This document shows, piece after piece, positions 39,599 to 53,600 of a DNA stretch of 64,000 nt. The stretch is from Octopus bimaculoides. Its lineage: Eukaryota. The notes under the pieces were generated by a model. The model did no database searches. It was not told the origin of the DNA and saw only the letters and a program-made list of their open reading frames with translations. Position 1 is the first letter of the stretch. Each line of letters starts with the position of its first letter. Both the position numbers and the translations under genes were made by a program. The DNA lies in contig NC_068985.1 of NCBI RefSeq assembly GCF_001194135.2, positions 108,199,979 to 108,263,978 on the forward strand, written 5' to 3'.

Positions 39599-42500
39599 AG
39601 AGAAAGAATAAAAATAAAGTTTCTTGTATATGAAGATGAAATATGTTGTTATGAAGAAATTGTGATTTCTTCATAACACATACGTACACATTTATATCAG
39701 ATAAGATTATAGTATAATATTCCCTTTTAAATGACAAGATGAGAATTTGATTTGAAACAATAACTTACATATATTAAATTTGAATTATTTTGACGATCCA
39801 CATCATACTGTATTTTGAGTGAGCCTGCAACAACACCATCTATTCCTGAAGTTTCTTCTTGTTGTTTACGACTTGGGTTGTATTTGATGTAAACCTCTCT
39901 ACTGCTGATGTACTCAATTAAAGCAGAATCCAGCTCTGTTTTAAAAACAAGCAATATCTTAATTTGAATATTGATAACAAAGTTGAATAAATACCTCTTA
40001 TTTCAATATCACTTAACCTGATGAGATATAATTTAAACGACTTGATGGACTATCTAATGTTGACTGCGAATCAGTGTCATATTTACTGTATGATAATGTA
40101 AAGTGAACAGCGGCAGAATTAAATAATGTTTACTGCGGGTGGGTAAGTTTAGTTTGTCTGCAATAATGGACTGCGTAACATTTGATGATGAGATGGTACA
40201 AAATGTTCACAGCACAATATCTATTTTATGACAGTGTAGTAAGAAACTCTAGGTGAAGAGCTGAATGGCTGAAGGTCTTCAGAGAACAAGTACCTTCTCA
40301 TTTGTAAGTATTTCATCTCTCAATCCCTTAAAGTCTAAGAAACCGGCCACACCCAGGATACCCCTCTTATACTCCACTTTGTACTACTGTTTACATTGTA
40401 ACTAGTACCTGCTAGGTCTTTAAGACCACCCAGAGCCTAGAATTCCTTGGCTGTCGTAACCACTTCCGTTTGAGACACCAGTTAAACGTAGGGTATTATT
40501 GTACCTTCCGAAATTTTCTTTTATTCTTCCTTCACTACTAATGTATATAGTGAGGAATCATTACGCATACTATCGGAATGGTAACAATTAAGTTTGGAAT
40601 TTACTGTAACGCACTGTATTCTGTGTCAAGGGCAATCTTAATAAGTGATCGCCTGTGTAGTTATGCAATGAGAGTTGTTAGCAAGAGTATATTTAACAAG
40701 AGTGTGCCGTAACAAGAGGTAGTATAACATTTAATTTGATATTTGTATAGTAACCGACTGTTAACTGGAGGATAGATAACACTTGATATATGGGAAAATA
40801 TAATGCTTGCTCCAGAACAATGAAATGTTTACCGCAGCGCAGTGTAATTCTACTTGGAGAAGGAGACACTACTACAAGAGTGGGCACTTGGACATTATAT
40901 TGTTGACTCTAGAATGATATAATCGTTAGGAAGAGACAATTTTATCCCAGAGACATTATAATATTAGTAAATTGTAAACAAAATGACGTACGATTCCGAT
41001 GTGTATCATTATTCTAAGTGAATTGTATTTTCTTTATACAAGAATAAAAAGCAATTTTTAGACTATTTATTGATAATTGCATCTCTATAGTACTACCTAC
41101 GAGTAATAGTCAGAAAAAGTTGCCTCATGTTTCATATAGCCTGTCATCGGTATGTCATACTTATCTGTTACCCTTCGCAATGTAGTTGAATGATTATCAA
41201 TGCTAATCCGTCGGCAGTATGCCTTATATCTTTGCTGTTAATTCCCCACCTTCTATTTCTATATATGGTTCTTTGTAGTATTTTGTACAAGTATAGAACT
41301 TGATATAAGACTAGCGACTGTTGAACGTTTACTTCTGTTGACGTTTATATCAGCTTTATTTACTGCCTAAAGAAATGTTTAGATTTAACCCAGTATAAAG
41401 AAAAATTTTCGCTACAGAAACCTTTCTATTATCAGGAATGTGATTTTCTTTAATTTTGTAGTGCGCCCACACTGTGGAACATATAAAAAAACAGTGATTA
41501 AATAAGATTGATGAAGATAATGACAAATGAAGGTACAGAAAGAACCACACAAAAATGATTTGCCAACCTTTGTCAACGGTAATATCCGTTAATTTATTAT
41601 TTGTAATTTTTGGTACAGACACGTGAATAATATCTTGCGGTTCAGTAATGAAAACTTCAACTAAAAAGTCATCAATAATTTCACCAGTGGTCACATGAAT
41701 GTCGTGCCTGTATTTATTGTTCTGTCGTGTCAGAAGTTCTTGGTAAGTCAAGTTGTAAACTATATACTTCTGTGGTTCAACATTAACAGATATATCAAAG
41801 GCTCTTGTAAAGCGGTGTCTGGAAAATGATAAAAAAGAATAATTGAAATATTTTGGAGATATTCCAAAACTTCAAGAAATATCAAATAGTTGGGAAAATA
41901 TAAAATTACTCGACTTCAACAGTGCCAGAACTTTGTCCTGTTTCGCTGGTATATTTGTAAATATCTTTAGCAACTGATTTTTCCTTTACTTCTCCTACAG
42001 TCACATGTCCATCAATTTCCCTGCAATCGAAAATAAAATTAAATAAAAATAATTAACATTGAAAAATCTCAAAAATTACAGCGGTTAAATTTGACAGTTT
42101 GTACCAAAGGAAAGGAAAACACTCCATCCCGAAATAAAAGTATTTTGAAAAATGAAAATATATCAACTAGATTATGGCTGTCAGATCACAGTTTACTGAA
42201 AATAGCCACCCTCGGTTTCCAGCACGGCCTCCAGGCGCATGCATTTCTCATAGTGTCGTTGGGTGGACCTACGAACGCTTCCTTGATCTTGGCCACCAGC
42301 TCATTCTTAATGTTGCTGGCAGAGTATTTGACACATATTATAATCCATGATATTGCGATTGGAGGAATGAAGATACCAGAAATTAGAGCTGTTGATGTCG
42401 TAGAGATTCTTCGACAACCACGTCTGACTCATTCTGGAAGTATGGCAAGGGGCCGAATCCTGCTGTTACACATATGACCTTTCAGTAGCAATCCTATACA

Positions 42501-45464
42501 GCTAGGTATTAGCCACAGTTTCACATAGACGTTACCAGTTTCACATAGACGTTACCAGCTTCACATAGACGTTACCAGCTTCACATAGACGTCTAAATTG
42601 AGTCTAAGGCTCTATTCAGAAATACAGGTTTGCATGATGTCACCCTCACTGAAGACACATCAAAAGACCATCACGATTTGGGGGATCTTGGTTTTCATGA
42701 TTTCCATGTCATATCATACAACTTTTACAGTGTTCATAGAGCATTGGGCAGCAGTCATGATTTCGACATTTTGATAACTAGTGTGAATCATTAGAATACA
42801 AGTAACAATTTTCCAGTTACTTGTATTCCAGTTACTTTTCCAGATGCCATCCTGTCCTCGTATCAACTAACTTTTTCCCAGCTACAACTTTAATCTCCTG
42901 ACGAAAGTAAACATAAGTCATCAAAGTTTGCCCGAACATCCAGTATTTTAGAAGTTTAAAAATTTGAAAATTTTCCATTGTGTTCCAAATGTTTGTATGT
43001 AACAATCAAATAAACTCACATGGCGCCCACAATTGTATTAAGACTTGATTTGGAAAATAATTAACAAAATGAATCGTAATTATTTTGATAAAGTATTTCA
43101 ACAGAATGTTTCATTTTCACTGTTATGCACTTAATCAAATTTTCTTGAGGCCGTTTCCTGAGATATGAGAGCTTTCTAAATCATGGTGCGCTTGATGTGT
43201 CTGAAAGTCAATTTGAATACTTGTGTGTCGTCATAAATAGCAAAAAAAAACTGTAACAACATTTGTATAGAAATGTGGTTTTCTTACCGACGGGATGGTA
43301 TTATTTCTTTACTACCCACAAGGGGCTACACACAGAGGGGACAAACAAGGACAGACAAACGGATTAAGTCGATTATATCGACTCCAGTGCGTAACTGGTA
43401 CTTATTTAATCGACCCCGAAAGGATGAAAGGCAAAGTCGACCTCGGCGGAATTTGAACTCAGAACGTAGCGGCAGACGAAATACCGCTAAGCATTTCGCT
43501 CGGCGTGCTAACGTTTCTGCCAGCTCGTCGCCTTTCGACGGGATGGTATGTGTAAGTAGGGAAACGTAAGATGGGAAAAGTAAGTAGCTCGTTAAAGTAC
43601 AAAATCAACGGTATGAGATTGATATTAAAATTTATAGTTAGAAAGTAGATCTTCAAATGATCTTCATAACCAAGATGTTAGAGAAGGATGGACATTAAGC
43701 ACAAGTAGCTTAGTCAAGAGACTTTAATGGCATTCACAATGAGAAGCTTCGCTGAAGGCAAGTGCAATAATCATGCTTTCAACGGGATTCTCGAACGTGA
43801 TAGACCAGAAGCTGGAGAGCAAACATCTGATAGATCTTTTGCTCCTAATGGTGTGATTGCTTATCTGGTCTTCTTTCAGTTCTGAGATACTTGTAGGTAA
43901 ATTATCGGCAAGTTGAGTGGGTATACTCTGCTTGTGGCTTATTCTACAACAATGATATAACTGATGTGGGGCATTAAAAATACCAAGGCTTTTTAAATAC
44001 CTTAAATACTTACGATTTCCCTAAAAATGTCGCAATACATCTGTGGGCCATGCGCAGGGATTTCTGTATGTGATGCAAAGGCTGGTATCACATACAGAAA
44101 TTGGAACGTTTAGATAAAGGTATATTTTTATCGAGAGACAGAAAGAGAGAAGAAAGAGAGAAGCTGAAGATTTAAAGGTAAATGAACGGACATCCTTTTC
44201 ACCAGTGGGGTTGCGTTTATAAAATTTTAAGGATCGGTAATCTAAGTTAAAAACATGATTTGAATAAGATTAATTATGCGCGTGTGTGTGTGTGTGTGTG
44301 TTTGTGTGGTGTGTGTGTGTTTGTGTGGTGTGTGTGTGTGTGTGAGCAGTATTGAGCTAGAAATAGAACCGGCAGACAATATAATGTTTTGTTTTAAAGG
44401 TACTTTTACAGGCTGGGAGGAGTGGAAATTTGCAATCTGCACAGTGTGTCCCCTTCAAATCTTTATTGTTTTGCAGGCATTGAAATGTTGAACAGACACT
44501 TCTAAATGAACGCTTGTTTTTAGATATTGTAGGCTGTGCTTCCACGACTATGCACCAGCTACTGGGATGGTTTGTATTTATGGGTTTAGTTGTACGTGGG
44601 AATATGAACGGAAATGAAGAGAAAAATGCTTTAATCAATCGCTTAACAGTTTCAGACAGATCGGATTTTCAATCAAAAATAATCTTCATAAAACTGTCTG
44701 CCCTGATCAGTTAACGACTGTATTTTATCTAAGCTCACGGAAAGCGTATACCGCACTCTGTGATGTCATTCTTCTAATTTTCCACACGCAGCTGTGATTT
44801 ATTCTTAATTTCTAGCGGGTACTAATAGCTAAATAATAAAAAAAAAAAACTTAAGATTCGCTCTGACGTATGATACTTTGATTACATTTTCATTTGCAGA
44901 ACAGTTTCCCTCTTTACTCTTTTTACTCTTTTACTTGTTTCAGTCATTTGACTGCGGCCATGCTGGAGCACCGCCTTTGGTCGAATCAAATCGACCCCAG
45001 GACTTATTCTTTGTAAGTCTCGTACTTATTCTATCGGTCACTTTTGCCGAACCACTAAGTTACGGGGACCTAAACANNNNNNNNNNTTATTCTTTGTAAG
45101 CCTAGTACTTATTCTATCGGTCTCTTTTGCCGAACCGCTAAGTTACGGGGATATAAACACACCAGCATCGGTTGTCAAGCGATGTTGGGGGGACAAACAC
45201 AGACACACAAACACACACACACATATTTTATTTTATTTTTTAATTTTTTTTTTACTTGTTTCAGTCATTTGACTGCGGCCATGCTGGAGCACCGCCTTTG
45301 GTCGAATCAAATCGACCCCAGGACTTATTCTTTGTAAGTCTCGTACTTATTCTATCGGTCACTTTTGCCGAACCACTAAGTTACGGGGACCTAAACACAC
45401 CAGCATCGGTTGTCAAGCGATGTTGGGATGACAAACACAGATACACAACATATACACAACATAT

Positions 45465-45497
<33 letters not shown>

Positions 45498-47219
45498 CAC
45501 ATATATACGACGGGCTTCTTTCAGCTTCCGTTTACCAAATCCACTCACAAGGCGTTGGTCGGCCCGAGGCTATAGTAGAAGAAACTTGCCCCAAGATGTT
45601 ACGCAGCGAGTTTGAACCCGGAACCGGTTGGAAAGCAAGCTTCTTACCTCACAGTCACGCCTACGCTGATGTATGCTTTTTCAAATCGTTGGGTCATTAA
45701 CCGAACGTCTAAATATAATTAATGACTTCTAAAAATTAATACATCAAATGGTCCGCTGTATTCGATAACTTATACCAAGAGAACTTCGTTTTCTTTGGCT
45801 AAAAAAGAAACAGCAGTAGGATAGACTAGAAATATATGTTGCGGAAAATGAATTATACTTACATAGAAAAATCCGATATAAATGAATTAAGGGGCACCAT
45901 TACGTGTAAGTCTGCGCTGACTGAAAAATTGTGCGGGTTATAATATTTCATGGAAACTAAAGTGGTAGCAAATCGATATTTAATATCACTGATTACATGA
46001 AGTGATTTCAGGTTTACGTTCTGAAAAAAATCCAAGAAATATCGTAAATCACTTAAATAGAGCTTTATTTACTTTTAACCTTTATGTGGCAATCAAAAAA
46101 TCCATAAAATCAATTTTGTTTAGGGGATAAGTAATAAACCTCTAAGATTATCATATTTAATCCTATTTGAAAAACAAAGACGAGCATTATGGCATAGATA
46201 TTTCAAAAGTTAGCCACCCACAGGAAATGCAAATATTTATTGCGCTTCTTACACGTTTTATATTTTGATGAGTATAAAACCAATCGCAATTACATTATCT
46301 TTCAATGAGAGGTCATGGTGACCACAAAGAACCCGAGACTTTTAATATTCATACATATGGACTTGTTAATGCTTGGCCCTACATGATCTCTGGCACGAGC
46401 TGACCAATGTTTAGAGACGTTCCAGCCAGGACAGTTCAGTCTTGTTAAGTGTATCTAGGAATGCATGATTGAATGTGTTCCTTTTCTTCAAACCCCCAGA
46501 GTGTGATTTAAAGAAAATTTAGCTATTATCCAAAGCAGATCAAGGAGATATGACGAAAAAGGCTTCCTTTGTTAAACCATGTTTAGAGAATAAGGGGAGA
46601 ATGCTAAATGCATATTTTAAACAATATACTAATTGTAAAATACTATACAAAATTAATAATCTCAGTTATTAATAAGAGATGAGATTGGGTTTGAAAACTT
46701 AATGTCTGGATATAAATAATCTTTTAAACAAGCAAGTTGCAATACGCAGATAAAAATCTAACAATACTTCCTATTCCACTAAGAGTGTTAATCTTAAAAA
46801 GACCCTGAGAGACCCTTTGAGACACTTAACAAAAGGTTGCAACCTGCTCTCACAGAATTAACCGGAACAAGTAATGTCGAGAGATCTGAGAAGTAAAATA
46901 CATAACAACAGTCCAAAATAACATATGCGTGAGAACAAAAGTTTAGTGGGTGAGGGTTTTGCCTTTTGAATTAACTCTGGTACCTGACTGGTGCCCATCT
47001 CATATCGATCCAGCCTGTGCAAAAGGCAGAGTCGGTCTCACCAATATAGTTATGCATAAATATACGCGTGTATGTATATAAGGATATATAACAAAAGCAC
47101 ACAAAATACATGCCAGCATACATAGAAATATGGAATCGCGCACATACTCAAAAGTGTAGATGAAAGTGAACGAGAGAGATAATGAGATAGTGAGATAGTG
47201 AGATAGAGGGAGACGGGCT

Positions 47220-47318
<99 letters not shown>

Positions 47319-47588
47319 AGCAAATAGAAAGTGAAAGAATAAGAATAAACAATTTATGAAGAATAAATAATTTTTAAACAATATATGAAGAAAAAAAAAA
47401 TAATGTAATGAAGAAATGAATGTGATACACGTTCACACATAAACACAGATACACGCAAGCACACACACATACATACACACACACACACACATNNNNNNNN
47501 NNNNNNNNNNNNNNNNNNNNNNNNNNNNNNNNNNNNNNNNNNNNNNNNNNNNNNNNNNNNNNNNNNNNNNNNNNNNNNNNNNNNNNNN

Positions 47589-47635
<47 letters not shown>

Positions 47636-50600
47636 TAACATATAGTTATAATATTATAATCATTTTTAAATGGCAAAATGGGAATTTGATGTAAAACAAT
47701 AACTTACATATAGTGAATTTGAAATATATTGACGATCTACACAATATTCTACTTCGAAGAAACCTGCGGCAACACCTTTCTCTATAATTTCTTCTTGTTG
47801 TTTACGACTTGGGTTGTATTTGATATAAATTTCTCTACTGCTGATGTTCTTAATTAAAGCAGAATCCAGCTCTATTGAAAATCATTAACAATAACTTAAT
47901 TTACATCTATAACAGACTTGAATGAATATCTGTAATTTCAATATCTTCAAACCTAAAGAGATATAATTTAAAAGGTTTGATGGACTATCTAATGTTGACT
48001 GCGAATCAGTGTCGTATTTACTGTGTGATAATGCAACGTGATCAGCGGCAGAATTAAATAATGTTTACCTTGGGCGAGTAATGTTGTCAGTGTATGACAT
48101 CTTAATACTAGTTTTAATTAGTAATAATGGACTGCGTAACATGGTGATGATGAGATAACACAAAATGTTTACTGAATGATATCTATTTTACAACAGTATA
48201 GTAAGAAACTCTGATGGGGGCGGGGAGCTGAATAGTTAAAGGTCTTCAGAGAACAAGCACCTTCTCTTATGCAAGCATTTCGTTTCTTAATTCCTGAAAG
48301 TCTAAGGAACCGGGTACACTCAGGATGCCCCTCTTTTCTCTCTATTTCATGCTACTGTTTGCATTGTAAATAGCACCTCCTGGGTGTTCAAAATTCCCCA
48401 GAGCCTAGAATTCCTTGGATGTCGTAACCACTTCCGTTTGAGACACCAGTTAAACGTAGGGTATTATTGTACCTTTTCTTTTATTCTTCCTTGACTACTA
48501 ATGCATATAGTGAGGAATCATTATGCTTACTACCAGAATGTGAACAATTAAGTTTGGAATTTACTGTAGCGCACTGTATTGTTTGTCAAGGATGATCTTA
48601 ATAAATGGTAGACAGTATAGTGATGCAGTGAGAGTGGTTAGTAAGAGAATATTTAACAAAAGCATGCCGTAACTAGAGGTAGTATAACATTTAATTCGAT
48701 ATTTGCACGGTAATGGACTGTTAACTGGAGGATAGATAACACTTGATATATGGGAAAATATAATGCTTACTGCAGAACAATGAAATGTTTACTGCAGCGC
48801 AGTGTAATTCTACTTGGAGAAGGAGGCACTACTACAAGAGTGGGCACTTGGACATTATATTGTTGACTCTAGAAAGATATCATCTTTAGGAAGAGACAAT
48901 TTTATCTCAGAGACATTATAATATTAGTAAATTGTAAACGAAATGACATTTGTACCATTTTGATGTGAAGTATTTTCTTTATCGGAGAATGAAGATTAAT
49001 TTGTAGACAATTTATTGATAATTGTAGCTCTATAGTACTTTTTATAAGTATTGATAATAATGAAGAAAGTAATATAATCTTTGATATAATTTGTCATCTG
49101 TATATCTGTTGTGTCGACGCCCCCAAGCGAAGCAGTAGGCTCGACCAAGACTTATAAATAGAGGTAGTCTGACCGTGATAGGAGTTGAGTGGTTACCTGA
49201 CAGTTGAATAGAGTGGACTGACGGTCGACTGACAGTTGAGTAGCTGTCGAGTAGCAGTCGAGCAGAGATCATCCGAAGGTGCGAGATAGCAGTAGCTTGA
49301 GACATAACAATATCATACATTTCTGTTAGCCTTAGCAATGTTGTTGAATGTTTATCAATTCTAATCCTTCCAGAGTAGGCCTATCTTCTTTTCAATTTGC
49401 CACCTTATATTCCTATATGTGGATCTTTATTGCATGTTGTACAAGTATAGAACTTGAAATGAGACTAGATTTTTATTAACGTAGTTTTCTTATATTTCCC
49501 TTACATCTACTTCTGTTGACTTTTATTACATCTTTGTTTACTGCCTCCAACATAAAAAATAAAAATTCGCTACAGGAACCTTTTTATTAACAGGAATAGC
49601 TTCTGTATTTTTGAAGTGCACCCTCTTTGTGAACCATATAAAAGCAGTAGTTAAATGAAGTTTATAACGATAATGAAAAAATGGAAATATAGAGAAAACC
49701 AATCATAAATGATTTGCCAACCTTTGTCAACGGTAATATCCGCTAATTTATTAATTGTAATTTTTGGTACAGACACGTGAATAATATCTTGCGGTTCAGT
49801 AATGAAAATTTCAACTAAAAAGTCATCAATAATTTCACCAGTGGTCACATGAATGTCGTGCCTGTATTTATTGTTCTGTCGTGTCAGAAGTTCTTGGTAA
49901 GTCAAGTTGTAAACTATATACTTCTGTGGTTCAATATTAACAGACATATCAAAGGCTCTTGTAAAGCGGTGTCTGGAAAATGATAAAAAAAAAACAACTG
50001 AAATACTTTGGAGATGTTGCTATTAAAATACTAAGTGCAAGAAATATCAAATAGTTGGGAAAATATAAAATTACTCGACTTCAAAATAGCCAGAACTTTT
50101 TCCTTTTCCTACGTCCTTTTCGTAAATATCTTTAGCAACTGATTTTTCCTTTACTTCTCCTACAGTCACATGTCCATCAATTTCCCTGCAATCGAAAATA
50201 AAATTAAATAAAAATAATTAACATTGAAAAATCTCAAAAATTACAGTGGTTACATTTGACAGTTTGTACCAAAGGAAAGGAAAACACAATATCCCATCCC
50301 GAAATAAAAGTATTTTGAAAAGTGAAAATATATCAACTAGATTATGGCTGTCAGATCACAGTTTACTGAAAATAGCCACCCTCGGTTTCCAGCACGGCCT
50401 CAAGGCGGCTCCGGAATCTGCATTCCTCACAGTGTCGCTGACAGGACCTACGAACATGTCATATTTTACAACTTTTTCAGTGTTCATAGAGCATTGGACA
50501 GCAGTCATGATTTCGACATTTTGATAACTAGTGTGAATCATTAGATTACAAGTAACTACTTTCGAGCATTTAGATGCTTTCAAGTCCTGTATCAGCTAAC

Positions 50601-53600
50601 TTTTTTCCAAGCTACAACTTTAATCTCCAACGCTGTTGACTGTTCACCAAGCTGTTCCTGACGAAAGGAAACATAAGAAGTCGTCAAAGTTTGCCCGAAC
50701 ATCCAGTATTTTAGAAGTTTAAGAATATTTGAACATTTTTCCATTGTGTTCCAAATGTTTGTATGTAATAATCAAATAAACTCATATAGCGCCCATAATT
50801 GCATTAAGACTTGATTTGGAAAATAATTAACAAAATGAATCGTAATTATTTTGATAAAGTATTTCAACAGAACGTTTCATTTTCACTGTTATGCATTTAA
50901 TCAAATTTTCATGAGGCCGTTTCCTGAGATATGAGAGCTTTCTAAATCATGGTGAATTTGATGTGTCTGATATTCAATTTGAATACTTGTGTGTTGTCAT
51001 AAATAGCAAAAAACAGTAACAGTATTTGTACAGAAATGTAACAAGATGGTATGAGTAAGTAGCTCATTAACATACAGAATGAACAATATGTGAGAGATAA
51101 TGAAATTTATAACTGGAAAGTAAGTCTTCAAATAATCTTCATGACTTTTAGAAAACAGTATAACGCGCTCTCTGCTGTCATTCTGTTTTCCCACTCGTAG
51201 CTGTCTATTAATATCTAGCACTTGTAGCTAAATGAATAGACCAGCTTCTTTCTGAAGTACTTTGATTATATTTTACTTTGCAGACTAGCTTCCCTCTCCT
51301 ACTTTCTTGTCGAATGGTTTTCCTTCATTGCACGTCTTCATAACATCCGACTGAGAATGAAACTTATCAATTCTTACCAAAAATGTTGATAATCACTAGT
51401 TAAACAGGCATGAGAATGTATAAACTGCTTTGTAAGCAGAAAGTTTTACATAAAAAACATGTAAGCTCTATGCCTTATAATCAGAATGCTAATAAGAATA
51501 TTAGAAATACAATGCTAAATTTACGACATCGTCAATTAGTAAATTGCTATAATTTCAATATATATATATTTTTTTACAAATCGTTGGGTCATTACTTGAA
51601 CATCATAATATATTCAGTGACTTCTAAAAATTCACACATCGCACTGTCCGGTTTATTTGGTATCTTATTCTAAAGAACTTCGTTTTCTAAGGCTAAAAGG
51701 GAAACAACAGTAGATTAGACTAGAAGTATATATCGTGAAAAATGAAATTTACTTACATAGAAAAATTCAATATAACTGATTTAAGAGGCATCATTATGTA
51801 TAAGTCTGCGCCGACTGTAGAATTGTACGGGTTATAATATTTCATGGAAACTAAAGTGGTAGCAATTCTATATGAAATATCACTGATTATATGAAGTGAT
51901 TCCAGGTTTGCTTTCTGAAAATATAAAGTCAAGAAATATCGTAAATCACTTAAATAGATTTTTATTTAATATATACGGATCAAGATATTCTCGACTATGT
52001 TATCAAAGGTGGATTTGTGGTGATTGGAATGAATGTTTAAGTATTTAAGGTATTGTTAGGTTTGTGATAAGGGGAGTATTAGGAGGTTTATAACTTTAAA
52101 GTTACTTCTAAAAAGTTAGTAGTTTTGTGAGAATTTTCAAAAGTAATAGACAGATTTAGGCTAGAGAAAAAATTGTGTACATTTTTTCTAGCTCGTTCTA
52201 AAGAGGATTTATTCATGCTCTTATTTCTTTATTGCCCACAAGGGGCTAAACACAGAGGGGACAAACAAGGACAGACAAAGGGATTAAGTCGATTACATCT
52301 ACCCCAGTGCGTAACTGGTACTTTATTTATCGACCCCGAAAGGATGAAAGACAAAGTCGACTTCGGCGGAATTTGAACTCAGAACGTAAAGACAGACGAA
52401 ATACCGCTAAACATTTCGCCCGGCGTGCTAACGTTTCTGCCAAGCTCTGCAACTAGCAAGGCGTCATTTCTGTAGAGGCCTCACTTGAGGTTAGGGAAAT
52501 GTATTTCGAGCTGGTGGAGTATGTATAGTCCAACGAGATCCGTGACTTGGGCGGAGTCGGATGATCTCGTGATAATGTCAAATAAATTGCTATGAATATT
52601 GGTATTGTTATAGTGACTGACCCGGCACCAGAGTTGTTCTGAAAAGAAATAAGGAGTAGACAGTTACCTCCCTTGAAAGCAGTTGTCTCATCAATTGGTT
52701 ACTGGATGGCACACGTCGTGGTGCTGCATTGTGGGAGAATGAAATCTATAGCTTTTGGACGGCGCGACCAAAGTGATTAGACGTATTTTCTTCCTGCTGC
52801 GATTCCAAGTGATGTAACGGTAAAAAATAACCACATCTTGTATATGAATACAAACGCACAGAAAATGCCTTTATCTTTTTCTATACAAGTACTGTAATTT
52901 GCATTCAGTATCAAGATTAAAACGACTTACGGCCGTATTTGTAAATTCTTATCGTCTTGTTATTCTTGTATTTGGAGAATGTCTGCCTTCTACATTTCAG
53001 CTTTCTTTGTTAGGAGCATAAGTTCCTAAAAATGGTGACCCCGTGGAACGAATAGACAAGTTTATATTTTACAAGTTTACAGCGAATGAAAAAACAAAAA
53101 AACAAAAAAAAAAACAGACGAGTAGAACCGTTAACTGTTGTAAACGGTCGACATCTAAAAAATTTTTTTTCCCTTTCAAGCTTCGCCAACTTGCCTTCTC
53201 CAATTCCTTTTGGCGTTCCTCCACATTCCTTTCTTCTCAACGTTTTTTGCTTTTATAAAATGAACAATGTTCCGCTCTCTCAATTCAATGGGGAAGCGAA
53301 AATGTGGTTTTCGCAACTGGAATCCTATTTTATTGCTACCAGCACTCGCGAACCACTGGCCAAACTGCAAATCACATTGTCCGGCTTACCGTCCCCACTT
53401 GTTTCGTCTGTCTGGGATTTACTGACAGATGCACCAGATGGGATATCCTACGAGGAGTTTAACTTAGAGGTGCTTCGCAGAAACTCTCCGTCCGCTGAGA
53501 GCAAGTTCCGCTCATTGCCGCAGGATGAAACTATTTTTCTCTCGTATGCAGCCCAATACCCAGTCGGTGCTGGTGCATCTTTTGGACACCACTCTTATTG

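Larger units (their letters stand above)
39125..46060. repeat. Tandem segmental duplication, copy B (gene 1 exons 2-5)
   Basis: Collinear with 46795-51960 through introns, the mariner relic and the degenerate SINE. Confidence 0.92.
46795..51960. repeat. Tandem segmental duplication, copy A (gene 1 exons 2-5)
   Basis: Collinear with 39125-46060; the copies differ by independent TE insertions. Confidence 0.92.

Noticed and set aside
42525-42592. 20-bp repeat array resembling CRISPR
   Set aside because: Contiguous tandem repeats without spacers, inside a eukaryotic transposon relic
52813-53032. 5' LTR of the Gypsy element
   Set aside because: Begins with TGTAAC but lacks a CA end and has no partner LTR in the window; boundaries cannot be supported
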